A DNA stretch of 32,000 bases from Cuniculiplasma divulgatum (GTDB lineage Archaea > Thermoplasmatota > Thermoplasmata > Thermoplasmatales > Thermoplasmataceae), in NCBI RefSeq assembly GCF_900083515.1, contig NZ_LT671858.1, forward strand, positions 780,001 through 812,000. Direction: 5' to 3'. Shown here in pieces: positions 1-9,000 of the stretch. A program made the translations under genes and the position numbers. A model generated the notes under the pieces. The model made no database searches and was not told where the DNA came from. It was given only the letters and a program-made list of their open reading frames with translations. The first letter of the stretch is position 1; each line of letters starts with the position of its first letter.

Positions 1-1
1 A

Positions 2-1135
2 GAACTATTCTGGATCACAAGGGGCGGAAGGGAATCTCTGGAAGAAGATCTGGCCATGAGACCCACAAGTGAGGCTGCAATTTATCCGATGCTAAAACTG
101 TGGATACGGGATCATGCTGATCTACCAAAGAGAATCTTCCAGATTGTTCAGGTATATCGTTATGAAACAAAACATACCAGGCCGTTTATAAGATCAAGGG
201 ATATTCACTTCATAGAATGCCATACTGCCCATGATTCATACAAAGATGCAGAGGAACAGATGAACCTTTACAGGAGAGAGTGGGACTATTTCACAAAGAA
301 ACTCTGCCTTCCTTATATGGAGGTAAAGAGACCTGAGTGGGATAAGTTTCCAGGTGCTGTTTACACCATTGCATTTGATACGCTTATGCCTTCAGGCAGA
401 ACGCTTCAGATTGGAACAATTCATGAATACGGTAGTAATTTCTCAAAGAATTATGATGTGAAATTTGCAAAGGAGGATGGAACCAGTGAATATGTAAATC
501 AGACAACATTCGGTATGAGTGAAAGATTGATAGCTGCGTTAATAGGGATTCATGGTGATGATAAGGGACTAATTCTTCCACCATTCGTGGCTCCTACGCA
601 GGTAGTGATTGTTCCAATCACCTCTGCAGATTCAAATTTTGAATCTTTTGTAAGTGAAATTGAAAACTTAGTTAGGAATAGTGGATTTAGGGTATTAGTA
701 GATAAAAACGACAACTATACTCCCGGTTATAAATTCAACCAGTGGGAAATGAAAGGTGTCCCTTTAAGAATAGAAATAGGTAAAAGAGAGGCAGAATCTA
801 ATTCAATTACCATATCCTTAAGAACAAGAAAAGGGAGAATAAAGCTGAATAAAGATGATATATCGCAGATAAAAAATTTGCTGGATGAGGTAGAAAGTGA
901 TCTTCTTAACAAAGCCCGGAAGATCCTCTCAGATGGAATAGAAGGGATTAAAACTAGCGGACAGGAATCAAGCATTAAGACTTTTATTCTATGTGATAAT
1001 GAAAAATGTGCCAGGTCCATAGAGGCAAAAACCGAGCTAGATATGATGGGACATATACTGAATTATGGGTCAAAAGGTAAATGTGAGGTTTGTGGAAATG
1101 AAGGGAGAACTGCCCTCTTCTCTAGGCCATACTGA
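2..1135 (+). CDS. proS: Prolyl-tRNA synthetase, archaeal/eukaryotic type (5' end cut by window edge)
   Basis: The frame is open from nt 2 (ELFWITRGGRESLEEDLAMRPTSE...), so the ATG at 56 is internal. Class II motifs are present (RPTSE; QVYRYETKHTRPFIRSRDIHFIECHT). An anticodon-binding block (APTQVVIVPI) follows. The Cys-rich C-terminal domain ends in ...FSRPY, as in archaeal-type ProRS. Confidence 0.9.
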   Translation, partial: ELFWITRGGRESLEEDLAMRPTSEAAIYPMLKLWIRDHADLPKRIFQIVQVYRYETKHTRPFIRSRDIHFIECHTAHDSYKDAEEQMNLYRREWDYFTKKLCLPYMEVKRPEWDKFPGAVYTIAFDTLMPSGRTLQIGTIHEYGSNFSKNYDVKFAKEDGTSEYVNQTTFGMSERLIAALIGIHGDDKGLILPPFVAPTQVVIVPITSADSNFESFVSEIENLVRNSGFRVLVDKNDNYTPGYKFNQWEMKGVPLRIEIGKREAESNSITISLRTRKGRIKLNKDDISQIKNLLDEVESDLLNKARKILSDGIEGIKTSGQESSIKTFILCDNEKCARSIEAKTELDMMGHILNYGSKGKCEVCGNEGRTALFSRPY

Positions 1136-1793
1136 GCATACTCCAATTGTTTTTTTTGACATGGATGGGGTTCTCACAGTAGAGAAAAGTAGCTGGAACT
1201 ATGTCCATTCAAAATTTGGGGTTGATAATGATTTTAACTATTCTCTTTTCAGGACCGGAAAGATAGATTACCACGAATTTATGAGACGGGATATTAATCT
1301 GTGGATACAGGAAATGGGTGAAGTAAAGGTCAACCAAATAAGGGAAATCCTTGATGAAATAGAATTGTTTCCAGGAGCCGTTGAGGCAACTCAAACACTC
1401 AGCGCTGAGGGGTTTCACCTGGTAATAGTATCAGGTGGATTAATGTGGCTTGCAGAAAGGGTTGGAAAACTTACAGGAATAAGTGATATTTATGCAAATG
1501 TGATTTTATCGCTGGGTGGAATGGTTCTTCCCGATGGGAGAGCCCTGGTTGACCCGAAGAGGAAGGATATAGTTGTGAATAACGTGATAAATACTTATAA
1601 ACCAGATTACTCAATTTCAGTAGGAGACTCTCCAGATGATGAAAAGATGTTTATGGTTACTGACTATTCCATAAGCATGAATAATGAGCCTGGTTTTATT
1701 AACGCAAGGGGTTTTGATCTGAAAACAGATAATCTTCAATCATGTGCTGATCTCATTCTAGGGATCAGGGATCAGAGAAATGAAATCACCTGA
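1065..1793 (+). CDS. HAD-superfamily hydrolase (subfamily IB, phosphoserine-phosphatase-like)
   Basis: Motif I is FFDMDGVLT, motif II is VIVSGG, and motif IV is VGDSPDDEKMF. The start is uncertain. The only in-frame ATGs upstream of the catalytic Asp are 1065 and 1098, and both lie inside the proS 3' end (71 or 38 nt overlap). Confidence 0.72.
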   Translation: MGQKVNVRFVEMKGELPSSLGHTEHTPIVFFDMDGVLTVEKSSWNYVHSKFGVDNDFNYSLFRTGKIDYHEFMRRDINLWIQEMGEVKVNQIREILDEIELFPGAVEATQTLSAEGFHLVIVSGGLMWLAERVGKLTGISDIYANVILSLGGMVLPDGRALVDPKRKDIVVNNVINTYKPDYSISVGDSPDDEKMFMVTDYSISMNNEPGFINARGFDLKTDNLQSCADLILGIRDQRNEIT

Positions 1794-2472
1794 AATAAGA
1801 AGGGAAGAGAAACTTCCCTTTGGGATTGGGTGCATTGATCAGTTTCTTGAGGGAGGCATTGATCCTGGCGTAATCACACAGATATATGGTGAGGGCGGTT
1901 CCGGTAAGACAAACATGGCACTTCAGCTCACAGTTTCTGCTCTGTCCAGAGGTGAAAGGGTCATATATGTTGATACAGAGGGATTTTCAAGCAACAGGTT
2001 TCTGCAAATATGCGGGGGAAATCAGGAATATTCTAACAATCTTATTCTGTTTACACCCGAGAACATAGGGGAGCAGGAGGTCTGTCTCATAAAGGCCGAG
2101 AGAATGATGCAGAATTCAAAAGACGTAAAACTTCTTGTGATTGATTCAATGACTGCCCTGCTTAGAATCGAAAGAGATGAAAATCTTAAAAATCAGGGCC
2201 TATCAAGAGATATATCAATCATAAACACCATATGTAATAAGTATAAAATTCCAGTATTCATAACAAATCAGATATATTTTGATGTTGAGGAAAACCAGAT
2301 AACTCCCTATGGTGGTTATTTACTGAACCATTTCTCAAAAACCATACTGTCAATTAAACGAACAAGGGGAACCGGGAGAGAGTTGAAAATAGTAAAACAT
2401 AGATCCATTCAGGATGGTAAATCTGTTGAAATATTTGTCAACAGCACAGGTCTTTCATGCACAGAAGGATAA
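1780..2472 (+). CDS. radB: DNA repair/recombination protein RadB (short RadA/Rad51 paralog)
   Basis: 230 aa. It has LPFGIGCIDQFLEGGI, Walker A GEGGSGKTN and Walker B LLVIDS. There is no N-terminal HhH domain, which fits RadB rather than RadA. It overlaps the HAD gene by 14 nt. Confidence 0.85.
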   Translation: MKSPEIRREEKLPFGIGCIDQFLEGGIDPGVITQIYGEGGSGKTNMALQLTVSALSRGERVIYVDTEGFSSNRFLQICGGNQEYSNNLILFTPENIGEQEVCLIKAERMMQNSKDVKLLVIDSMTALLRIERDENLKNQGLSRDISIINTICNKYKIPVFITNQIYFDVEENQITPYGGYLLNHFSKTILSIKRTRGTGRELKIVKHRSIQDGKSVEIFVNSTGLSCTEG

Positions 2473-2527
2473 ATTTAGTCTGGATGGTTTCAAAAAGATT
2501 TACATACTGGCACACATATGGAAGTAT

Positions 2528-3547
2528 ATGGGAGTTAATCTTGAGCCCATTCTGATAAAGCACAAAACTCACATTAAGGATTTCTCAAACAATACTGTTT
2601 CAGTGGATGCCTATAACCAAATTTACCAGTTTTTGAGTGCCATAAGGCAACCTGACGGAACACCGCTTATGGATTCATCTGGAAGAGTTACCTCTCATTT
2701 AAGTGGTCTTTTCTACAGGACAATTTCCCTTATGGAAGAGGGGCTGAAGCCTGTATATGTTTTTGATGGCAAACCTTCTCCAATGAAACTCAGGACTCTT
2801 GAGGAAAGAAAGGCAATAAAGGAAAATTCAGAAAGAGAACTGGAAAAGGCAATAATGACTTCAGATAGGGAAAAAATTGCAAGAATGAAGAGAAGGATAA
2901 ATCATATTACAAAGGACATGATAGATGAAAGTAAGCAGCTTCTTACCTATATGGGATTGCCATATGTACAGGCTCCTTCTGAGGGTGAATGCCAGGCTTC
3001 TTACATGAGTTCCACAGGAAAAGTTAATGCAGTTATCTCACAGGATTATGACTGTCTACTATTTGGTGCAAGAGAAGTTCTAAGAAATTTCACCATATAT
3101 GGTAAGAGAAGAGTTTCAAGCAGAAACATTTACGTAACAGTAGATCCTGAATACATCGATCTAAAGGAAAACCTATCAAATATGAATATTACAAGAAGTC
3201 AGCTTGTGGATATTGCCATAATGGTTGGAACAGATTTCAACAGTGGAGTTGAAAGGGTTGGATCAAAGACAGCACTGAACCTGATCCAGAAATACGGGAA
3301 TCTAGAAGAAGTAATAAGGGAGAAGGGATACAGGATACCCCAGTACGAAGATGTAAGAAAGCTATTTCTTGAGCCTGAAGTTACAGACGATTTTAACTTA
3401 ACCTTTGGTAAACCTGAGGAGGAAAAGATATATTCATTCCTTTGCGATCTTCACAACTTCGGAGAAAACAGGGTAAGGCCATTTATAGATAAGCTGAAAA
3501 TAAGTCTCCAGAAGAGCAATCAATCCAGTCTTGATTCATTTTTCTAA
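2528..3547 (+). CDS. fen: Flap endonuclease 1 (FEN-1)
   Basis: The canonical N-terminus MGVNLEPIL starts at ATG 2528, so the track start at 2414 overlapping radB is unlikely. Motifs present are VYVFDGKPSPMK, PSEGECQASYM, SQDYDCLLFGA and GTDFN. The extreme C-terminus QSSLDSFF is a canonical PIP box (QxxLxxFF). Confidence 0.92.
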   Translation: MGVNLEPILIKHKTHIKDFSNNTVSVDAYNQIYQFLSAIRQPDGTPLMDSSGRVTSHLSGLFYRTISLMEEGLKPVYVFDGKPSPMKLRTLEERKAIKENSERELEKAIMTSDREKIARMKRRINHITKDMIDESKQLLTYMGLPYVQAPSEGECQASYMSSTGKVNAVISQDYDCLLFGAREVLRNFTIYGKRRVSSRNIYVTVDPEYIDLKENLSNMNITRSQLVDIAIMVGTDFNSGVERVGSKTALNLIQKYGNLEEVIREKGYRIPQYEDVRKLFLEPEVTDDFNLTFGKPEEEKIYSFLCDLHNFGENRVRPFIDKLKISLQKSNQSSLDSFF

Positions 3548-4522
3548 ATAATCTCTCAACACTGCAAAGGGCTTCATCATTTTAGACAGGTTATCTGTCA
3601 CGGATTCTTTAAGGTCCATTGGGTGTATCGCTCCCGATTTATATGTGGATTCAAGCGAAATGAAATCTGTAAATGTTATATCTCCCCCTTTTTTCTCAGG
3701 TCTATGTATTGTTACCTCTTTCATTGAAGGAAATATGATTATCTTCATGATATCCATTACCGGGTTTCCTTCAGCTATTCCCATGGGGCAAAATGAATTT
3801 TTTATTTTTCTTTTAACGTCTTCTTCTGAATCAGTCATGAGGATGGCACTGTCAGGATCACTTTTCGACATCTTCTTGAAATTATCCATTCTTCCAGTTC
3901 CCTTCAGGCTTCCCAGAAGTGGAGAGTGCATTGAAACAACCTTCTTTCTGTTCATTTTTTCTGCAATGTCCCTGGCCAGCATATGGGCGTGCCTTTGATC
4001 CATGCCTCCCAAAGCAACATCGAGATCTAATTCAAAAATATCATTTACCTGCATTACAGGATATAGATATTTGCTGAAATCTGATTCAGCGTCAGATTCA
4101 TCCCTTCCCATTATTGGAAGAGCTCGTTTCAGTCTTGAGAGAGTTGTTTGCTTAGCAGTGCGAATTATACCCTCCATGTAGCTGCTCTTATCTATCAGAT
4201 CCGATGCCCATACAAATTCTGGTTTCAAATCTCCTAGTTCAATTTCGTATGCTTTTTTAAGAATCTCTCCACTCTGCCTTATACGTTCCAGATCGCCACC
4301 CAGCTTATCATTTACCATGGCATGCCAGTCTGCCAGTAATATCTGCATCCTGATACCGGCTCTCATCATTGCCTTGATTCTGGTACCAATAACCAGAATA
4401 TGTCCTATATGGGGTATTCCTGAAGGTTCCACACCATGGTATCCTTTACAGTTTTTCTCGAGGCTTTCAAACTCACTCTCGGTTACTATTTCTTCAAAAA
4501 GGGATTTGTCAAGATTTAACAA
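3536..4522 (-). CDS. tyrS: Tyrosyl-tRNA synthetase (archaeal type)
   Basis: Class I HIGH (GIPHIGH) and KMSKS motifs are present. YPVMQVNDIFELDLDVALGGMDQRHAHMLARD closely resembles the archaeal TyrRS core. At 328 aa it fits TyrRS rather than the longer archaeal TrpRS. Confidence 0.88.
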   Translation of the reverse strand: MLNLDKSLFEEIVTESEFESLEKNCKGYHGVEPSGIPHIGHILVIGTRIKAMMRAGIRMQILLADWHAMVNDKLGGDLERIRQSGEILKKAYEIELGDLKPEFVWASDLIDKSSYMEGIIRTAKQTTLSRLKRALPIMGRDESDAESDFSKYLYPVMQVNDIFELDLDVALGGMDQRHAHMLARDIAEKMNRKKVVSMHSPLLGSLKGTGRMDNFKKMSKSDPDSAILMTDSEEDVKRKIKNSFCPMGIAEGNPVMDIMKIIIFPSMKEVTIHRPEKKGGDITFTDFISLESTYKSGAIHPMDLKESVTDNLSKMMKPFAVLRDYLEK

Positions 4523-4541
4523 TATAAGGGCATTAAATTAT

Positions 4542-5060
4542 CTATCTTAATCTTTCTCTACATATACTCCTGTACTTGCAATTAAGGCATCTTCCAGGAT
4601 TATCGTGGTTTCTGTTTGGAACGCCTCTCATTCTCCTTATAAGCTGAGCTCTCGCCAGTACCCTATCCTTCAATTCACTACTATTATTTACATAGAATGA
4701 CCTATTTCTGTATTTTATAACACCGTACTGGATCATATGTTCGGGATAGAGTTCCTGGAGTATTATGAAATAAACTCCCATCTGAATTATATGTGGTTCC
4801 CATGGCTGACCCCCTATATTGCTGCTCTTATACTCGTATGGAATTATCTGTCCACCGTTTTCTATTACTCTGTCCGGTTTACCTGACAGACCATACCTTT
4901 TAGAAACTAGAATTTGTCCTTCAGATTTCATGTCTCCGTAAACAAATCTTCCCTTTGGCATTTCATAATAGTCCATTCTCCTTTTTGCCCTGACAAAATA
5001 AAAAACAAGTATTATCAGAAGGCCAATAAATGGGATAATAAAATAGACAGGAAGCAACAT
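4542..5060 (-). CDS. Cas4-family PD-(D/E)XK nuclease, C-terminal half (N-terminal TM helix plus catalytic core and 3 cluster Cys)
   Basis: A hydrophobic helix MLLPVYFIIPFIGLLIILVFYFV is followed by RAKRR. Next come GKPDRV (motif II Asp), IPYEYKSS (ExK), QMGVYFIIL (QhxxY) and CLNCKYRSIC (CX2CX5C). The ATG lies 1 nt after the stop of the upstream half. Confidence 0.7.
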   Translation of the reverse strand: MLLPVYFIIPFIGLLIILVFYFVRAKRRMDYYEMPKGRFVYGDMKSEGQILVSKRYGLSGKPDRVIENGGQIIPYEYKSSNIGGQPWEPHIIQMGVYFIILQELYPEHMIQYGVIKYRNRSFYVNNSSELKDRVLARAQLIRRMRGVPNRNHDNPGRCLNCKYRSICRERLR

Positions 5061-5061
5061 T

Positions 5062-5331
5062 TCAGATGAACACTATAAACATGAACACAATAACAAGCAA
5101 TATGGCAACTATAAGTGTTACACTAAGTTTTGAATTCCTCTCACGATCAGTTTCTGCTTCCTCGTGCGCTATTGTACCTCTATTCATTCTTTCAACCCTG
5201 TCAGCAGGAACTCTATACCCTTCACGGGTGTAATACCAGGAAAGGGCGCAGTAATCAAACTCAGCAAGCTCTGATGCGCTGATGATCCTTTCTCCATTAT
5301 CAGGGTTGTTTCTCGATCCAGATTCTGTCAT
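5062..5331 (-). CDS. Cas4-family nuclease, N-terminal half (first cluster Cys and motif I, then a C-terminal TM helix)
   Basis: ISASELAEFDYCALSWYY carries the N-terminal Cys of the DUF83/Cas4 fold. GTIAHEE is a motif-I His. The protein ends in a 21-aa hydrophobic helix, LSVTLIVAILLVIVFMFIVFI. It overlaps the scpA 3' end by 32 nt. Confidence 0.6.
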   Translation of the reverse strand: MTESGSRNNPDNGERIISASELAEFDYCALSWYYTREGYRVPADRVERMNRGTIAHEEAETDRERNSKLSVTLIVAILLVIVFMFIVFI

Positions 5332-6073
5332 ATGAGCACTCCTGTTTCAGTGTGATAAACCCATTCTTCCTGATAAACATGCTGTATATAAAGAACTTTA
5401 CTCTATCTTCCTTTGTTTCACCCCATACCTCTTCCATAAAGAAGGAGTTTTCTTTCGTTCTCATAATCTTCTGCATGATTGATTCAAGATCTCTCTCAGG
5501 TTCTCCTGAATTCAGTACCTCGTATATCTCTTCAACCTCTGCATTCTGCTCCATATGAGGCATTCTGACAATTTTCTCCCTGCTCCGTTCAGTCTTCCTC
5601 ATAACCTCAATAAGTTCCACAAGCATGACCTTTCTAGTCTCATGATGCTTAACGGGCATATGCAGGCTTATAAACTCCCTATCTTCTATTTCTGAGTCAT
5701 TATATACTTCCTGTGAAATCTCATTAAATTCGTCTTCAGTTTCCTCGGTTTCCTTCCTAATGAAGTTTTCTATCAGGTCGTTAGCCTGTACATACACTAT
5801 CCCCCATGATCTGAATATTATATACCCTGCCTCTGCTATGGACATCAGTCCAGCATTAGTTAATTCCCTCACTATTAGGGCAAAATTAACAACATCAACT
5901 CTCCAGGGGTCTATCTCTCTGGCTATGCATCTTTCCATTATCTCTATTATATTCTTAGTCTCCGCCTTTGTATCCTTAAAGTCCAGTTCTTCATAGAACC
6001 TCGTATCTATACCAATGGTTGTTGCCTGAACTATTATAGTTCTTTTAAGATCCATAAGCTGTGTGTCTTCCAT
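5300..6073 (-). CDS. scpA: Segregation and condensation protein A (kleisin ScpA)
   Basis: The REIDPWRVDVVNFALIV block is typical of the ScpA N-terminal domain. It has an acidic middle and a C-terminal winged-helix-like tail. The ATG immediately follows the smc TAG with zero spacing. Confidence 0.8.
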   Translation of the reverse strand: MEDTQLMDLKRTIIVQATTIGIDTRFYEELDFKDTKAETKNIIEIMERCIAREIDPWRVDVVNFALIVRELTNAGLMSIAEAGYIIFRSWGIVYVQANDLIENFIRKETEETEDEFNEISQEVYNDSEIEDREFISLHMPVKHHETRKVMLVELIEVMRKTERSREKIVRMPHMEQNAEVEEIYEVLNSGEPERDLESIMQKIMRTKENSFFMEEVWGETKEDRVKFFIYSMFIRKNGFITLKQECSYDRIWIEKQP

Positions 6074-9000
6074 CTATTCACCTCCAAAGCTTTTCGAAAA
6101 AATTTCCGTACAGCCCGCTGCTTTGTTCATGGTTACTCCAAACAGAGAGTTCGCAAACTTACTCATGGCATTTTTCAACGATATCATAATGATCTGTGAA
6201 GTATTTGAATTTTCCCTTAACAACTCACCCATTGCCTCAGCGTTTGTTCCATCAAGGAACATGTCAATTTCATCCAGAAAATAAATTGGTGAGGGTTTAA
6301 TTCTCTGAACCGCTACGATAAAGGAGAGTGCAACAAGACTCTTCTCTCCACCGCTGAGAGATTGCAGCTTTGTGTACGTAGTTCCTTTGGGTTTTGCCTT
6401 GATCAATAACTCGGATTCCAGTGGATTAGATTCATCTGAAAGATACATATCCACGTCACCACCTCTTGTCAACCTTTTGAAGATTTCCCTCATCTCAATC
6501 TTTACCTTTCCATAGAGGTCTAAAAGTACTCTTGTCTTCACTTCTTCAAGTTCGGCCATTAATTTGATAAGGGAATCAACCTCTCTTTTTAGAATATCTA
6601 TTTTTTCAACAAGGTTTTCTTTTCTTTGCATATCCCTTTTGAGATCTTCCTCAGCTAGCTGATTGACTGCACCTATTTCCTGCAATTTTGCCATTCTTAT
6701 GGCAATTTCACTATTTGCTTTCTGCGCACTTGAATAATCAATAATTACATTGCCCCCATTTTGCCTGAGTTCTTCTTTAAGGGCTGACAACTTCTCATTG
6801 AAATTCTGTATCTTTATCTTTGAGGTAAGCACAGCATTTTCATTGTTCTTCATGTCCGATTCCAATCCTGCACTCTTCTGGCTGATATCTGATAGCTGCC
6901 GCTCAATTTCCTTCAATCCCTGAATAATTTTTCTGTTATTTTCATTGAGCTTTTCCTCTTCCTCTTCAAGTCTTCCTATTTCATTTCCGAATTTCGCGAT
7001 TTCTTCTTCAATTCTATCCTTTTCTGTGGTTTCTGCATTTATATTTTTTATAAGATTATCGTTTTCCATCATCAATTCCGACTTTCGTTCTGAAATTTTC
7101 TTCATTGTCGTCTGATTGCTAGATTTAATTGACATTGTTGAGGTCTGTTCGTTACTGATTTTTTCAAGTTCTTTTTGCAACTCGGATAGATCATTTCCTT
7201 CCTCCTTATTGTCTCCTATGATCATATACAGTTCATTCTTTCTCTTCTCAAGAGAGGCTTTTTTCTCCTCCTCTTTTGTTATGAGTTCCTGAAGTTTTTC
7301 CAGTGAAGCAGAACTATTTTTCAGTTCTATTTTAAGGGTCTGAATTTCAAGTTCAAGTGATTCTCTGATCTTCTGGCTTTCTTTCAACTGGGCTTCAAGC
7401 GAATCAGACTTCCCTTTTCCCTCACCACCGCTCTTTGATATGTCCATCAATTGTTTCGAAATGTCGTCATATTCCTGTCTTAAATTTCTAATGTCATGAT
7501 CAAGACTGTTAAATCTTTCTCTAAGATCTTCAAGTAGTTTTTCCTTGCTATCAAGTTCAGAAAAGTTAAAAGTTGTTCTGCTACGATTCATGAAACCGCC
7601 AGATATGGCACCACTAGCTTCAAATATGTCACCATCAAGAGTAACAATTCTGACCCCTGTCATATATTTCTTTGCAATTTCTGCACTATCCACAAGAACA
7701 GTGTCCTGAAAGGTATACCAGATTGCATTTGCATAAACATCCTGACACTTGACCTGCTGGCTCAATAGAGAGGTCGTTCGATCCTGTTGAATAATAGTGA
7801 GTGCTTTCCCTCTTGGCCTCCCCGGTAAGATCTTATTTAGTGGAATGAAGGTTACTCGCCCCAGTTTCTTTTCTCTTAATAATTCTATGCAATCCTGTGC
7901 AACATCCTCATTATCAACTACTATAGAGTTCAGTCTTCCTCCAGCTGCTGCCTCTACAGCCAGTGCATACTTTTCGTCATAACTTATAAGTTCTCCTATG
8001 GATCGGTGAATTCCTGAAATAGCTCCTCTTGCCTTCGCTTCCATAATTGCGGAAATGGACTTATTGGCAAAACCCCTTGATCCCATTTCGGATCTCATTC
8101 TTTCAACTTCCTTCCCAAGGTTATCCATTTTAGACCTTGTTTCTGTTCTTTCTCTCTCCAATTCTTTGATCTGGGACTGAAGTTCATAATATTTTTTGCT
8201 TAGGGATTCGTTTTTAGATCTGTTTCCACCTTCATCCTTTTTGATCTGGTTTAACTGCCACTGAGTTTCCGATAACCTGTATTTTTCATTGGTAAGATTC
8301 TCTTCCTTAATACCCAGTTTTGTCTCAAGCCCTTTGAATTTTTTTGACTCCTCAGACTCCTCTCTTCTTATTTTTTCCGTAATAGTGGAATTCTCTTTAA
8401 GTTGTTTTTCTATAACTGTTAACTCATCGGTTGCCTTCCTGTATTCTTCAGTTTTATTTCTTTGAAGCTCTATCTTTTGATTTATCTGGGCTCTGAGAGA
8501 AGTTTCCCTATACTTTAATTCTTCTTCTCTCTTCATCAGTTCATTAAATCCTTTTGCAAGATTGTCTATTTCCTCATCTATTTCCTCAATCTTACCTGTA
8601 TTCGTTTCGATCAGAGCCCGTTCTTTGTCTATGCTGATGTTAATGTTTGAAGCACTTATTTCCGATCTTGCTCTTTCTAATTTTTTGGATTCTATTCCCT
8701 TTCTAATACTTTCAAGCTCTTTCTGAATCTTTTCTCCGATTCCTTTCTCAATCTCCATCCTCTTTTGTGCAAGAACTTCACGTTCTTTATCCAGATCATC
8801 CAGTATAGCTTTTATATCAGCAATTTTCTTTTCACTCTCTTCCATGGATTGCTGATGACCGCTGAGATCTATCTCTATTCCACGAATCTGTATAGATAAG
8901 GCAGTAGCTCTTAAATCCACAATATCGCTGTTTAGTTTCTTATATTCTCTCAGTTTTTCGGCTTCCTTTTCTATGACTGCAATGTTTTCTTCAATCTCTG

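Noticed and set aside
2414-2527. The track start of the FEN-1 ORF at 2414 overlaps radB by 59 nt.
   Set aside because: FEN-1 proteins begin with MGV..L. That sequence starts at ATG 2528, and the upstream 38 codons resemble nothing in the family.
5055-5068. Programmed +1 frameshifting at ATC-TGA-A might join the two nuclease halves.
   Set aside because: This is not adopted as the primary interpretation. There is no obvious stimulatory element (an internal SD-like sequence or a downstream structure). An identical TGAAATG junction also separates two unrelated genes at 19251-19257, which points to ordinary termination-reinitiation coupling. I keep it as an alternative in the finding.
4542-5331. 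The Cas4-like gene might mark a CRISPR-Cas locus.
   Set aside because: The window has no cas1, cas2 or effector genes and no repeat-spacer array. I scanned the intergenic regions by eye and they contain no regularly spaced repeats of 24-40 bp. I treat it as a solo Cas4-family nuclease.
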